A stretch of DNA of 64,000 bases from Octopus vulgaris (lineage: Eukaryota): contig OX597828.1 of assembly GCA_951406725.2 (NCBI GenBank), positions 9,796,001-9,860,000 on the forward strand, given 5' to 3'. Shown here in pieces: positions 40,423 through 54,734 of this stretch (the stretch's first letter is position 1; the number at the start of each line of letters is the position of its first letter). Position numbers and translations under genes: made by a program. Below the pieces are notes generated by a model. It was not told where the DNA came from, did no database searches, and saw only the letters and a program-made list of their open reading frames with translations.

Positions 40423-41107
40423 ATATAAAGTGTGACAGAAAGTGATGGGGAGAGGCAGAATTAGAGAGAAGGAGCGTATGTGCACAAAGACTTAACAGAT
40501 TTGTTCCAAACTGAAGCCATCAATCATGAAAAAAAAAATTAAATATCTCATCAGTTTTAAAGAAATTCACAAAGAATCTGTGTTAATATGTAGATTGTTT
40601 GTTTGTATCACAGACACAACAGTCAACATATACACGGTTATTTTCTGCTATCTATATCCTGAAAAAAACTACGTAGTAATTTAGAGTGAAACGATCAAAC
40701 ACATAGGATGTGTTCTGCAGAAACGCACAAAACCACATACGCGTGCATGCACACACACGCACCCACACCACCCCACTCACACTCATACACACACACACAA
40801 ACACAGACACACACACATCACACACACACACACAAACATATATTCAAAAATAAAATGCTACAATTACAGAGATCTATATTGAGGAATATGTATATATATA
40901 TATATATATATATAAATACAAATTGCCTCAGTATATATTACGGTGAAATTCCTATACAATATTTTGTCACGTGTTTATATACAAAATTTCACAGGAAATA
41001 TCACGACACCTCACTCTGACAGGAGCTCACGAAGTACGTACTATGCAAATCTGTTTTGGTGTGTGTGTATACCTAAATAAACACACGCGCACATACCCTT
41101 ACTCACC

Positions 41108-41175
<68 letters not shown>

Positions 41176-41859
41176 TATACATAAAATTAAGATTGTTTGC
41201 CAACATATTGTGGCAGTGCCAGTTGGGATAAATGTTATCTTTGTTTTAGTCTCAGGAAACATCGTCTGCACCTGGCTATACAGCATATTCCTGTGTCCTT
41301 ATATTTTCGAACTAAGGCGTTAGCACCATCACTCACAACAAAGTCATTTCTCTTCCTCGGCACAGTATGACTGCTCGGCTCAGATGGTGCTGCTAAACAC
41401 CCATTCGAAAATATATAGTTTTCAAAGTGATGCACAATCACTCACCTATTAAACGCCCGTCCGAAAATATATAGTGTTCAAAGTGATACGCAATCACTGA
41501 TCTTCTATATATAAAATGCCCTCCTTTATAATTCTACCACGTAGGATCTTCAGCAAGATTTTATATACGTAACTTCAGTCTGAGAAATAATTTTTGATTG
41601 GAATTTGTTAATCGGAAATTGCGTGGGACGCGTTATAGTGTCACGCATACAATCATACATCATACATGTATACGTAATTTATAATCCCTACTCAACATAT
41701 CGCTGTATTTACATCTTTACTACACTGTCTGTAATAATCCCCGCCTGTCATGCTGAATTCTATTCCCAACCGAGGAGGTGTCTTTACTGTTATTGGTGGT
41801 GATTCGACATGGACACAGCATTAGAGCTGAAGCATGCAAAAGAATAGAAAAATAAAACA

Positions 41860-41906
<47 letters not shown>

Positions 41907-42545
41907 TAGATAGATAGATATATGTGTGTATGTATATGTGTGTGTAGTGTTTTATTTTTCTACTCTTTTGCATGTATTCAAAAACACGCATACACACACG
42001 GACACATATACACACACACATATGTATGCGTGTGTGTGTATGTGTGCGTGTACATGCATGCGTCACTAAGTATGAAATCTGCATGTATATAATTTCCTGT
42101 TTTAATAGATAAAGAATTTTTGCCTCTTGGCTCTTATTGTAGATCTATCAATTGAGATCGATAGAATAATAGATAGACTGATATTATTACACCCGATTGA
42201 AGACTAATAAGACTGTATCCAGCCGAGTCGAAGTCGAATGGCGAAACTAATTAAAATAACACCAGGATAAAAGTTGTCGTAAAATATATATTGAACATCT
42301 CGATAGCACAACAGAAATTATATTTGAACGCTTGTTTCTATTAATCATCATTTCAATTGACTTGAATTTACAAAATTAAGAAGAAGTAACATCGTACTAT
42401 TTACTCGTCAATGATACAGACAATGTGTATATTTATTAATTCATGGATTGATTAATTAAATGATTGTTTATCGATTTCCAATAATGACATATGACCTTAT
42501 ATATATATAAATATATATATATATATGCTTTCGGTGCGAATGGTT

Positions 42546-42584
<39 letters not shown>

Positions 42585-43130
42585 AGCAATGTGTCTTTTC
42601 ACACTCAGAAATACCAACACACATATAAATCATGGGAGTGGTTCCAGTGTGGGGATTTATCATGAAATTAATCAGATAATGAAGAGCGGCAACTTAGATA
42701 TACAAGGAGAAAATGTAAATAATCCATTACGTTGAACACGGTGGTTACTTTACGTGCTATACAACCGATAAAAACAGATCCATTTTGTATTTAATATAAA
42801 ACAGTAAGAAGAGTGTGCGATATATTCCATAAGGATCATTCTTCATGACTGTGGTGATAAGAGAAAGGTATGTGTAATTTCTATAAGAACTTTGATTCCA
42901 ATACAGTTAGTGATTTCTTTAGATATCAGCAAGTGGAGTTCAGTAGAAATGAAGCGATGTGGTATATATGTATATATGTATACATACATATATATTATAA
43001 ATAAGGGCACAGAAATTTTTCTTCGAAAATAAACGCTAAATCGTCGAACCAGATTAAATATCTTCACTATTATTATAACACACGTGTCGAAACGAGGAAG
43101 CAAGCTAACAGAAATTCATAAAATTCATAA

Positions 43131-43588
43131 AAGGCGGCAAGCTGACAGGAACGTTAGCACGCCGGGTGAAATGCTTACTCTTTTACTCTTTTACTTATTT
43201 CAGTTATTTGACTGCGGCCATGCTGGGGCACCGCCTATAGTCGAGCAAATCGACCCCAGGACTTATTCTTTGTAAGCGTAGTACTTATTTTATCTGTTTC
43301 TTTTGCCGAACCGCTAACTTATGGGGACGTAAACACACCAGCACCGGTTGTCAAGCGATGTTAGGGGGACAAACACAGACACACAAACACAGACACAGAA
43401 ACACACACACACACACATATATATGCATATATATGAAGGGAATCTTTCAGTTTCCGTCTACCACTCACAATGTTTTGGTCGGCCCGAGGCTATAGTAGAA
43501 GACACTTGCCCAAGGTGCCACGCAGTGAGAATGAACCCGAAACCATTTGGCTGGTAAGCAAACTACTTACCTCACAGCCACTCTTACG

Positions 43589-43590
<2 letters not shown>
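43131..43590 (-). mobile_element. SINE family C (minus) abutting a plus-strand family A head (43131-43176)
   Basis: 43131-43176 matches the family A 5' end; 43177-43590 is the reverse complement of family C. Confidence 0.8.
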
Positions 43591-43672
<82 letters not shown>

Positions 43673-43916
43673 CATGTTTATATATATATACACATATGTG
43701 TGTGTGTGTACTTGCTTGCCAACCACATGGGTTCAGTTCCACTGTATGGCACCTTGGGCAAGTGTATTCTACTATAGCCTCGGGCCGACCAAAGCCTTGT
43801 AGGTCGATTTGATCGACTAAAAGCGGTGCTCCAGCATGACCACAGTCAAATGACTGATACAAATAAACGACTAAAAGAGAGTTATATATATGCATATGGA
43901 GTAAAATATATTTCCC

Positions 43917-44128
43917 AATAGGTGTTACTTGATTTTTAGCCCCAGGAAACATCATTTCTAGCTGGCTATCAACCAATTGTTTCTGAGTTATTTATCTTTA
44001 TCGGTTCAGGATCGACTTTGGGTAGATGTGGAAACACAAGGCCTTCCTCGACGTATCAGGACGCAGCGATGCGTCGGTACCCAGCTCGAAAGCATATTTT
44101 CCTGGGGGCTAAAATAGGTAGTATTATT
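43917..44128. mobile_element. MITE-like element with ~45-bp imperfect TIRs
   Basis: TACTTGATTTTTAGCCCCAGGAAACATCATTTCTAGCTGG pairs with CCAGCTCGAAAGCATATTTTCCTGGGGGCTAAAATAGGTA; non-coding interior. Confidence 0.7.
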
Positions 44129-44232
44129 GTCCTAATCAGGATTGCCACTTTACGATGTCAAATACACTTTACTCTATAGTACTGTTACTACGTATTTCTC
44201 GCTCAGAGCTTCAAAACTAATTGTTTTTTCTC

Positions 44233-44294
<62 letters not shown>

Positions 44295-44453
44295 TATAAG
44301 TTTATGTAAGTTAACATACAAATTTCCGCACGAAAGCACGTAGTCTATGTCCTAGGGACGTAACTTCAACCATGTTCTTTCTGATGTGAATTTGCTACCC
44401 GGGTATCGGTTATCTTTCGAATTATCCTTAATAAGATAATTCATTCAACTATT

Positions 44454-44556
<103 letters not shown>

Positions 44557-44841
44557 ATATGTATATGTATATATATATATTTCTGTGACGGGATTCTCTC
44601 AGTTTCGTCTACCGAAGCAACTCAGGACGCTTTGATTGAACTGAAGCTATAGAGCAAGACACTTGTAGATGTCTAAGATTTCATGTAGTGGAGCTGACCA
44701 TTGACCATTGGACTATGTCGTTGGAAAGTTAGCTTCTTACCACACAGCCAGGCTCCATATATATCTAAAAGCGTAGACACATATTTGTACGTGTTTGCAT
44801 ATGTATTACTATCTTTATATACATATATGTATGTATGAATG

Positions 44842-44884
<43 letters not shown>

Positions 44885-45036
44885 GAATATTTTCGTACAC
44901 AAATGAACCGTCTCTAACAGGTGGTAAATACTATTTAGTGAAAGCTCATTGACAGTGTGTCCGTGTATACATATGTGTGAGTGTGTGTATGTCTGTGTAT
45001 ATATGTGAATATGCTTATGCATGGATGTATTTACAT

Positions 45037-45087
<51 letters not shown>

Positions 45088-46454
45088 CACATACATATAT
45101 ATACATATGCGTATGTGTGTGTATGTGCCTACATAGGTATATACCTATGCATATTTGTTTATATATATATATGAATGTGTACAACACAAATACATGTGTG
45201 TGGGTCTATGCGTGTGTGCCTGTTTGCATATTTATTTTTCTGCGGATAATTTGGCGTATGGCGCTCTTTCGATTTATGTATTTTCAACTTAATTTAAAGC
45301 TGATGGCAGATTCATTCAAATTTCTCTCACTGTCTTCAATTTTCATTACGGTAAGAATCTATTGAACTATGATGAATTAGATAAATTTATTTACATTTCT
45401 AGCCATATAAGAAAAAAATATATTTACAAAAATAAATAGAATTCCATTTGCGAGACATTTCCGAAACTTAAAAATAAATATTATATATATAATACAGACA
45501 ATATTGTTGTCAGTGAATCAGTTGGTAAGATACAAAAAGCTTCAAGATTTCAAGTTTCAATTGAATAATGAATATCATGTCTATGTGTATGATCTTATAT
45601 TGCCTTCAAATCCTATTTATTTTGTTCCTAAAGAATACAGTCCGCTCTTATATCAGCGTCTGATATACATTATCTTTTTATCCAGCAAAAGGTGTTGTTT
45701 TTTTCATTTAAATACATATATGTATGATATCTTTACTTTTATTATTGTTCAGACTGAAGTTGAGAATGTGTCTGACGTCACGGGTTTTGAAGACCGGTGC
45801 AGCCGGTACGAAACTTGCCACACCGGCCAAGTTTCATATATATATATGTATGTGTGTGTGTGTGTCTGTGTGTCTGTGTTTGTCGTCCAACAATCGGTTG
45901 ACAACCGATGTTGGTGTGTTTATGTACCTGAAGTGTTGCAGTTTGGCCTATGACTCCGATACAATAAGCATTAGGCTTACAAATGATTGGTTCTGTTTTG
46001 GGGGATTTATATGTTCTGTAGTTTAGTGATTTTATAACTTATACGGTTTTCAGACGCTTTTTCTTTTTGTTAGTAGGCTACATCCATTTCACGTCTGAGT
46101 GTGACTGAAAATATTTGTTGACAGAATCTGCAAGAAAACTTGAGCTCAAAGTTACCAATATTTTTCTCAAAATGACAATGATTCTCTTACTGTTGTGTTA
46201 TAGAATTCTAATTGAATAAGTACTTTCGACCAAATTGCTTCATGGGAGAGAAATTGTTGAGTGGCTTTAAATTTTCGATTGTAATGTATCATGCTTGATG
46301 CAATACTGTTGAAGATTCTCTTGGGTGAAATGATGTTAAATGGTGTGCTATACTACATGTATACGGTATACATGCGCTATGAATTATTCTTCATATAGCT
46401 GATTGCTTTTACAAGTAAGCCACCTAACTCCACATTAGGCTGGAAGTGGCAAAA

Positions 46455-46685
46455 CGTGGCTTAGTGGTTAGGCTGTTGCACTCTTGATCGTAAGATTTTC
46501 GTTTCGATTCCTGGACCGGTCGATACGTTGTGTTCTAGAGCAAGACAGCTCATTGCACGTTGCTCCAGTCAACTCAGCTCGTAAAAATGAGTGATCCTGC
46601 GACGGACACGGACCCCGTCCGGGGGGTGGTGGTGATATATATGCTACTAAAAATGGGAAGGCCGGCCTTTATGTGTGGGCATGAC
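46455..46685 (+). mobile_element. tRNA-derived SINE, family D
   Basis: TGGCTTAGTGG A box and GTTTCGATTCC B box, followed by a TTGTGTTC..GAGCAAGACA..TGCTCCAGTCAACTCAGCT core. Confidence 0.7.
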
Positions 46686-47392
46686 TTCACTTTATTTTAC
46701 TTTTTTCAATTAGGCTGGATTCATCTTATCTTTCGTATTTTACGAACGTGGTATTAATAAACAACTCCTCCTCAAATATTTGTTTGCGTACAGCCAGTTC
46801 CAGCGTGAAAATAATTTCACAATGCCTGTTCATAGGATTTCCTGAAACATTGTTAGCTATGACTTTATGTAAATACACGCATACGCACGCACATACATAC
46901 GCTTATGCACACACATGCACATACATACACGCGCACGCGCACATATACGCGCGTGCGCGCGCGCATACACACACACACACACAGACACGCAATAGCGTGC
47001 ACACATAGACACACACAACACACACACTCACACAATCACGCACATACACACGCACGGACAGACACACACATCTACGACGAACTTTTTAAGTTTCCATCTG
47101 ACAAGTCCACTGACAAGGCCTTGGTCAGCCAGACGTTGTAGAAGAAGACAAGATGCCATGCAGTGTCCAAGATGCCATGCAGTGGGATCGAACACGAAAG
47201 TATATGGCTGGGAAGGAATTTTCTTACATCACTGCCTCATCTATTAATATATTCTTTGTATTTATGATACGTTCTACGTTGATAACGCAACGTGAACTTA
47301 GGTATATGACAGTTAAAACCTAACATTTCTAAGAATATCAATGATAATGAAATTGGTTCTCAGAACGCACCATTTTTCAGGTAAGTCGCCTC

Positions 47393-47445
<53 letters not shown>

Positions 47446-47979
47446 GTCTTCATCTGTCCCTCTTTTCCTCTCTCTTCTCCTCACACGTGACTAACCGACC
47501 GATTGACGGCCTTTTCGTGGTCAGCAGCCGCCGCGGCAAGACATTTTTTTTCTATCTTTGCCCCAAGGTATTTTTCTAATGCGCCAGCTCAAAGTTCACT
47601 CGTCTTGTCGAAAAGACGCCTGTCTGTGACGTCCTGTTATTGTTATTATTATTATCATTATTGTTTTTACGTATTTCCATATTCTTATTCGTGTTATCAT
47701 TATTGTTTTTACGTATTTTTGTATTCTTGTTCGTGTAACATCGTCCGTTTTCCCGTCCTTGTTTTGTATACATTCGAGGCTTTCTTCCAAGGAATCTAAC
47801 GCGCTTGCCTTAGATTTTCCTTTGGGGCTAGCCAGGTCGGAGCAATCTCAAGATTAATCAGCCGAAATTGCGAGGATGATCCGGTTCTTGACTGAAGATT
47901 GAAGGCTTCGAATGTCCCGTCCGTGTTTTTTGTATCGTCTTCTAAATGTTTTGCGTTCTTGTCCCAGTTTGTATTTTTT

Positions 47980-48046
<67 letters not shown>

Positions 48047-48050
<4 letters not shown>

Positions 48051-48322
48051 AATGGCCCAGTGGTTAGGGCAGCGGACTTGCGGTCGGAGGATCACGGTTT
48101 CGATTCCCAGACCGGGCGTTGTTTGTGTTTATTGAGCGAAAACGCCTAAAAAACTCCACGAGGCTCTGGCAGGGGGTGGTGATCCCTGCTGTATTCTTTC
48201 ACCACTCTTTCTTCTTAGCCAGCGGGGTGGCGTCGTTCGAAGGCTAAAAACAATGCGAACGCATTGTGACCAGCGATGTGTAGCAACATCTGATGGTCTG
48301 GTCAGTCACGCGATCAAGTGAT
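48047..48322 (+). mobile_element. SINE family B variant with a different 3' tail
   Basis: First ~160 bp nearly identical to 10324-10485; the 3' part is unrelated to that copy. Confidence 0.85.
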
Positions 48323-50530
48323 ATATATATAAATATGCATATACTTATATATATGCAGACTTGTATGTGTGTATACACAACGATCTTATATTTCCTATGT
48401 TTCCATCTGCTAAGTCCATTCACAAAAATCAGCTCAGCTCAAGTTTACAGTCGAAAACACTTACCCAAGGAGGGCGCAGTGGGACTTGACTTCCATCCTC
48501 CTCTAACTAAAGCATACAATATCAAAAATATGTTGTAGCTTTAAGTTGACTAGCATCAGAAGTACTACTATATTAAAACACCGCTACTTTCATGTCTATT
48601 GGTCAGTGATAAAAATCATGTTATTTTACTAGAGAGCGTTCTCTCTTCATGCGGTTTGTAGCTTTTATTGTTCTGTACCCTCTTTAAATTATGCTAATTT
48701 CATTCTTGCTTTTAACATTTTTTAACTGAGACAATATAGAATATGATATGTGGGGCTCAAGGATGAAATACTAAGACCGTGACCTAATTTTATATTGTAC
48801 TGAGTAGACCAACGTTCCAAAAGTTCGGGTTCCGTGGAGACTTTATTTGAATAAAATGAGTCTCTAGTATTGAAATAGTTAGGAGCTGCTGTCATAGATT
48901 TTGCAGTAGTAACTAAATTTCTATTTGCCTTCGTTTGGGTTCTTGACATAATATACTTAACTAAAAGGTGATCAAGCTACTTGATCCGTATAATGGGATA
49001 ATATCAGTTAAGCAAAGTATATCATTAAATAATGAATGCTTGATTATATTACGAGGAAGAAGAAAACAACATTTTATATAGTCTGATTTATGAATGTAAT
49101 TCGTTTTGGCAGAGACATTAATAAAATACGACAAACTGTGACAGAGACTAATCTAAAATTAATTTTAATGCGAAGCAAAAGAAAACGACGTGAAATCTGA
49201 ATGGAGTTTCTTACTCACGTTGTTTGGCAACCAACTAACTATATCCTAATAGTTAGCAATCTAATGGACAGGAAACTCTTTCTTTTTATATAAGATATAA
49301 TTAGAATCTTAGACCAGAACAATGTGTAGGTTTTATATTTTATAAAATTGCAATCTAGGTTCGTATATGAAATGCAAACTGGTGGAATTCAAATATGCTC
49401 TTTGAAAACTAATATCAATACCTCTACATGTTTAGATGAATAAGTCCTATGAAGTTGTGGATGGTTCAAGAGAAGTTCAAAGCTATAATTAGAGTTAAAG
49501 TGGTGGGCAAATATCTTCACATTTAATGAACACCGAATTATCCAACTTAGGAGAGAAGTAGATCATGTGTGCCTTAGAAAAGTAATTTCATTCCGTTTGG
49601 AATATCTCCACGGTGAAGTAAAACATCTGCCACGTTAAGATAAATAGTATGTATTCGTTATGATGTAAAAAGTTTAAATAAGCAAAGACATTTGTGGGTT
49701 TCAATTATTACAAGACTGACAGGCATTTGTATTTACTCGTTATATATTATAAATTTACAATTCAGAACGATTTAAAATATTTGGTAGAAACATTAAGTTG
49801 AGGTGGTATTATTTTACGCGTTATTATATTTAAAACTGTATGTAATGCAAACGACGTCCGTACTTGAGGAACGGTGACGCAAACATTTCGGGAAATAGTC
49901 TCTTACTCTGATAAAGTAGATGATAAAATGAGTGTGGTCGCAGGACCGTTGATGTTGGTGTGATGACTGCTTTTGAGAGGCAAATGAAATTTACCTGCAA
50001 TATGGGAGCATTTCAGGGTATCATTGATATTTTTTCGTGTATTCCCTGCAGTTATGGGGAAAAGGTATAACTGGGCGTCTAAGATGTCCTTTTGGTAGCT
50101 AATTGCTTTCGAGTTGCATCCGAAGGTGTAGAACCAAATGTTAGTGAGTCAAGTTTTAATCTGAAGCCGATCATTTGAATATGTATATATACGTACTCAC
50201 TCGTATGTTTTTATGTATGCGTGTGTATGTATATATGTATGCATGCATGTATGTATGTATGTATGTATGTATGTATGTATGTATGTATGTATGTATGCCT
50301 GTATGCATGTTTGCATGCGTGCATGTATGTATGTATGTATGTATGTATATATGTATATACATGCAAATATGTATATATGTATGTATGCATACTCCTTGCG
50401 ACTCAATAATTTTCAACCATTTCTGCAGAGTGTGACGATAATTTCTTCATCCTCCTGACGGGAGGACCACACGAACAAAAAATGTTCTTGTTATATATAG
50501 ATAGATAGATATATACATATACATATATAC

Positions 50531-50618
<88 letters not shown>

Positions 50619-50772
50619 ATGTACTACATTGTGATACAAAAATTCGATACTGAAGTACGGGGAGATAAATATTATTTACAGTCCTATATTTAATGGATCA
50701 GGAGTTATGTATATTATTTACATTATTTACATTTGACGGATATTTTTTGTCCTCATTTTGTTTGTTGCTAAC

Positions 50773-50846
50773 GGTTATATGGCGTAGTGGTTAAAAGTGC
50801 GGGCTACTAACCACAAGATTCCGAACTCGATTCCAGGCAGTGATCC
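50773..50846 (+). pseudogene. tRNA-like pseudogene or minimal SINE head followed by (AAT)n
   Basis: TGGCGTAGTGGTTAA A box/D loop, CTACTAA anticodon-like loop, mutated T loop (GAACTCGATTCC) and weak stems. Not a functional tRNA. Confidence 0.65.
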
Positions 50847-50878
<32 letters not shown>

Positions 50879-50881
50879 GTA

Positions 50882-50972
<91 letters not shown>

Positions 50973-50977
50973 AATAA

Positions 50978-51533
50978 ATGCCCTGAAGCAGTACCAGGCA
51001 GTGGCTCTCATGGCTTCTGATCTTAACTGATTGGAAGTGTTATCATGTACATTGTTTTGTCTTGGTATAAAAGATGGGCTACAGCAAATATTCTGCTCAA
51101 TACCACAGATTTGCTTGTCAGTTGTTTGACCGTAACCAGTTGAGCATGTCCCTTAGTGGCTGACGATATGTGCATCTCTGATCATGAGCAGAAGTAGTGG
51201 GGGAGCATCATAGCCATGTGTTGAGAGGGATTCTTTGGGGTTTGAATAATTCACCTCTGGAAACATGGGTGGTTCTTTCAACATCCTTAAACAACCCTTA
51301 TTCAGGGACCTTTTGAGCGGGATGGGCTACTTGACCTGAGGAAAATTCTAACTGGGCCCCACCTGCAAGGTCATGCGCTGTTTACCTTGATATGAGATCA
51401 CCATGTCGCGCACATATGGTTGTGATGCATGTGCCTGGTGTACCCTTATCAGACGGGTAGTCATGATGGGTATATTGGGCTTCGTATATTTTACCCCAGT
51501 GTCACTTTGATGGCATGCACTGCTCTCTCACTC
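50978..51533. mobile_element. Non-coding interspersed element inserted in an (AAT)n array
   Basis: GC-richer 556-bp block sharply bounded by (AAT)n on both sides, consistent with microsatellite-targeted insertion. No informative ORF. Confidence 0.6.
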
Positions 51534-51631
<98 letters not shown>

Positions 51632-51642
51632 TAATAATGATG

Positions 51643-51691
<49 letters not shown>

Positions 51692-51705
51692 TAATAATAA
51701 TAATG

Positions 51706-51751
<46 letters not shown>

Positions 51752-51754
51752 CAT

Positions 51755-51895
51755 CAAAAAATACCTTAGGAATGAGAACCCTGGTTCGAAGTTTCCCCAA
51801 GACACCTGATGAAAGTTGGGGTTATAACAGCCGAAACATGTTAACAACAAACAAGATGAAACCAAATATGCGTGCAATGTAAATAATAAAAATAT
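51755..51895 (+). mobile_element. PLE-like terminal repeat with degenerate hammerhead
   Basis: ACAC-CTGATGA-AAGTTG..CAGCC-GAAAC at 51802-51837. Its 3' part is present in inverted orientation at ~50715-50772. Confidence 0.55.
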
Positions 51896-52844
51896 TTATT
51901 TAAAGGTCATAATACATGTCTTTACGTGCAACTAATAGTTTATGTTGAGAAATGCCTTGAACATGTTCATCAGACACAAATCACACCTTATAACGAATTC
52001 AGAAATTGAATAAAAGAGAAATATGTAAAAACAGACCAGGTAGCGTATACAAAAGGCGGAAAGTCTTAAAAAAATGGGAAACGAAAAAATAAAATCTAAA
52101 GTGTAAAAAGTACATTAGACCATAAATTATAAAGCTTATGAGATATCAACAAGTTAATCAGGAATAGGTGGTATTTTCCTGTTCTTCAATATATATTCAT
52201 ATATATGCTTGCAATCGCTGAGAATTTCAGACCTAGTGTTCAGTAAATTGTTAGAGATCTTAGATCAGAACAAGATCTGAGCTCTTTCAGCTTCACAAAA
52301 CGTACATTTATTCGATCCATTAATATAAGGTACGGATTTACCAATTATTTTCCGTTTAATCACATGTATTTCGTTTTCTATCAAACTCCATACGGCGCTA
52401 GCCAGTTTAGTAGCTTTGGTTTTTACCGTTAATCGAAAGGAATCTATGTGATAAGCATAGCTTGTTTTTTAATTCCTCTTCATATAATCAAAATAGGTGT
52501 TCTTATTTGTTGTATTATTATCTAAGGCTGCAATGACTTTAGCCTTATATATGATGGATTTAAACATACATCGTTGGTCAAGTGGTCAAGTGGATGATTT
52601 CACAGAATTCCTATTAAATATTTTCCTATATCTGTGAGTTGCTGGGATGTGCTTGTCTAGAAAAGACAGGAATATTTTACCCATGTTAGTTTTTGTAAAA
52701 GAAGTGGGGCGAATCAGGTAACTTTCCTTGTCCTATTTTTAGGCCTCTTATTATTGTAATTCTAATTAATATTAGAGGGTTTATGTATTACTATTATAGA
52801 AGGGGGCTGCTTTCTCGAAACGTTCTTTAGGGAAGGAGAAGTTA

Positions 52845-53320
52845 GACGCTATTCTATCAGTCTCCTTTGCCAAACTGATAAGGTGCAGAAATGTAAACAC
52901 ACCATCACCGATTAGGAAGACAAACACGGACACAAAGACAAAGAGGTAGATATAATATCGATTTACACAAACACGGCTAGATTTTTTCAGTTTCCGTCTA
53001 CCATATCCACATCCACTGACAAGGAATTGGCTGTCCGGAGGGTTTAGTAGAAAATACCTGACCAAGGTACCACGCATTGGGACTGAACCCCGAACCATGT
53101 GGTTGACAAACAAACTTCTTATTACTTTATTGTCCACAAGGCTAAACATAGGGGGTACAAACAAGGACAGACAAAGGGATTAAGTCGATTAGATCGACCC
53201 CAGTGCACAACTGATATTTAATTTATCGACCCGGATTGACGAAAGGCAATGTCGACCTCGGCGGAATTTGAACTCAGAACGTAAAGGCAGACGAAATACC
53301 TATTTCTTTACTATCCACAA
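52845..53320 (-). mobile_element. Adjacent SINE family C and family A copies
   Basis: Reverse-complement homology to 14600-14995, plus direct homology of ~53120-53300 to 4436-4620 (GTCGACCTCGGCGGAATTTGAAC). Confidence 0.8.
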
Positions 53321-53614
53321 GGATATCCTCTAAGTGGATACTGTCTATGCTAAAAATAGACGTCTATTTTTAGCATACAAGGAATCCACTTAGTGGTCTC
53401 TCCTTTTATATTTATATATAATCCTATAATATACATAATAACACTATGATGTACGCATATTAATCAAGTACATAAGCACTGGCACGCACATAACAAATGT
53501 TCAAAGATATTCTATACATCAATTATACATTAGAAGTTATACACATGTCATGCTCACGTTATACAACACATTCTATTTAACACAACTACGTATGCACTTC
53601 TACGCGCACATGTA

Positions 53615-53900
53615 CATTCTTTTCCTTGGTTTTAACCCGAGTGTTGCAGCCAATCTGGGGCACTGCAATTTTATTTGCTACACTTTCACTAAACCTCCTC
53701 TGACGGGTGATATTTGTGAATGGGGGAGTTTGACGTTGCTGCCCTCGTCTGTGTTTTTCCTCTAAGGTAGATTCATCTAGTACTCTCCACAGGAGGTCCA
53801 GTTTTGTTTTGAAAGTACCATGCAGGTCTCTCAGGTTTGTAAGAGGATATTCAAGAGCTGTGTGCCCTTGATGCACAGAGCTGTGAACCCCTGAAGCATA
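53615..53900 (-). mobile_element. CR1-clade LINE 3'-end fragment
   Basis: Minus strand NLRDLHGTFKTKLDLL..LDE, resembling the C-terminal FK..LD motif of CR1 ORF2. Confidence 0.55.
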
Positions 53901-54681
53901 AATAATATGCTTATCTATACACATATAATCATTTACGCATATTCATATTCATACTAAGTAATATGAATAAAACACATAGCTATGCACATATATACACACA
54001 TATTCTAAATATTTAGTAACAATATAACATTAAAGTTTTAAAAAATAAAATGATATAACATAAACTAATGAAAAGCATTAGGAAAACCAGTCTATATAAA
54101 ACAGTAGAGATGAATGGAGGAAATAGAGCAGAATCCTAAAGCTGAGAGAAAAGCAGTAACAGAAGGGTCAGCGAGAGAATTCACTCACTATGGGACATTC
54201 CCTTTATAGGTGCCCATAGCAAATTACGTTCCGTTCAGAATCCTCCGATATTACATACTGTAAAAAACTGGTGGTATTGATGACATTGGGATTTACAGAA
54301 TGTTTAGACTATAATGAATCACTTATAATCTCCTATTTATTAATAAAATTAACGTAGCAGTTAGTTTGTTTCAGATACATTGATACTTCATTACTCTGAC
54401 TTTGCTGTCACCATTATATCTTAGTGACGTAAAGTTATTCTAGATATAGCAATAGGGTAATTGTAATGTACTTCCACAGGAAAAATTGTCCTCCGAGTTT
54501 GTCATGCCCAACGGACATTCTTAAATTCATCTTTTGTATTCCATGGCAGAAGGCAATGGCGAACTTCTGCTCACTCTTTCACCACAATTTTATCTCCTTC
54601 TTTCCTCCTGCATCTTGCGGCTCACCTGCGATGGACCGTCCAGGTGGAGAATCTATACGCCAAGGAAACCGTATATGTATG

Positions 54682-54734
<53 letters not shown>

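Noticed and set aside
42190-42260. Very degenerate hammerhead-like strings (also ~39690-39730 and 13131-13180)
   Set aside because: Core nucleotides mutated or GAAA/stems missing; cannot be distinguished from chance.
48722-48949. 75-aa minus-strand ORF in unique sequence (also the 92-aa ORF at 63279-63557)
   Set aside because: No recognisable domain or splice context; length is within chance expectation.
49205-49290. Strong minus-strand splice-donor-like GTGAGTAAG near 49215
   Set aside because: The better upstream acceptor gives an exon with stops in all frames; no supportable coding exon.
50773-50846. Functional tRNA gene (likewise the heads at 10319, 46455 and 48047)
   Set aside because: Broken stems or T loop, and continuation into SINE bodies or (AAT)n; these are SINE heads or pseudogenes.
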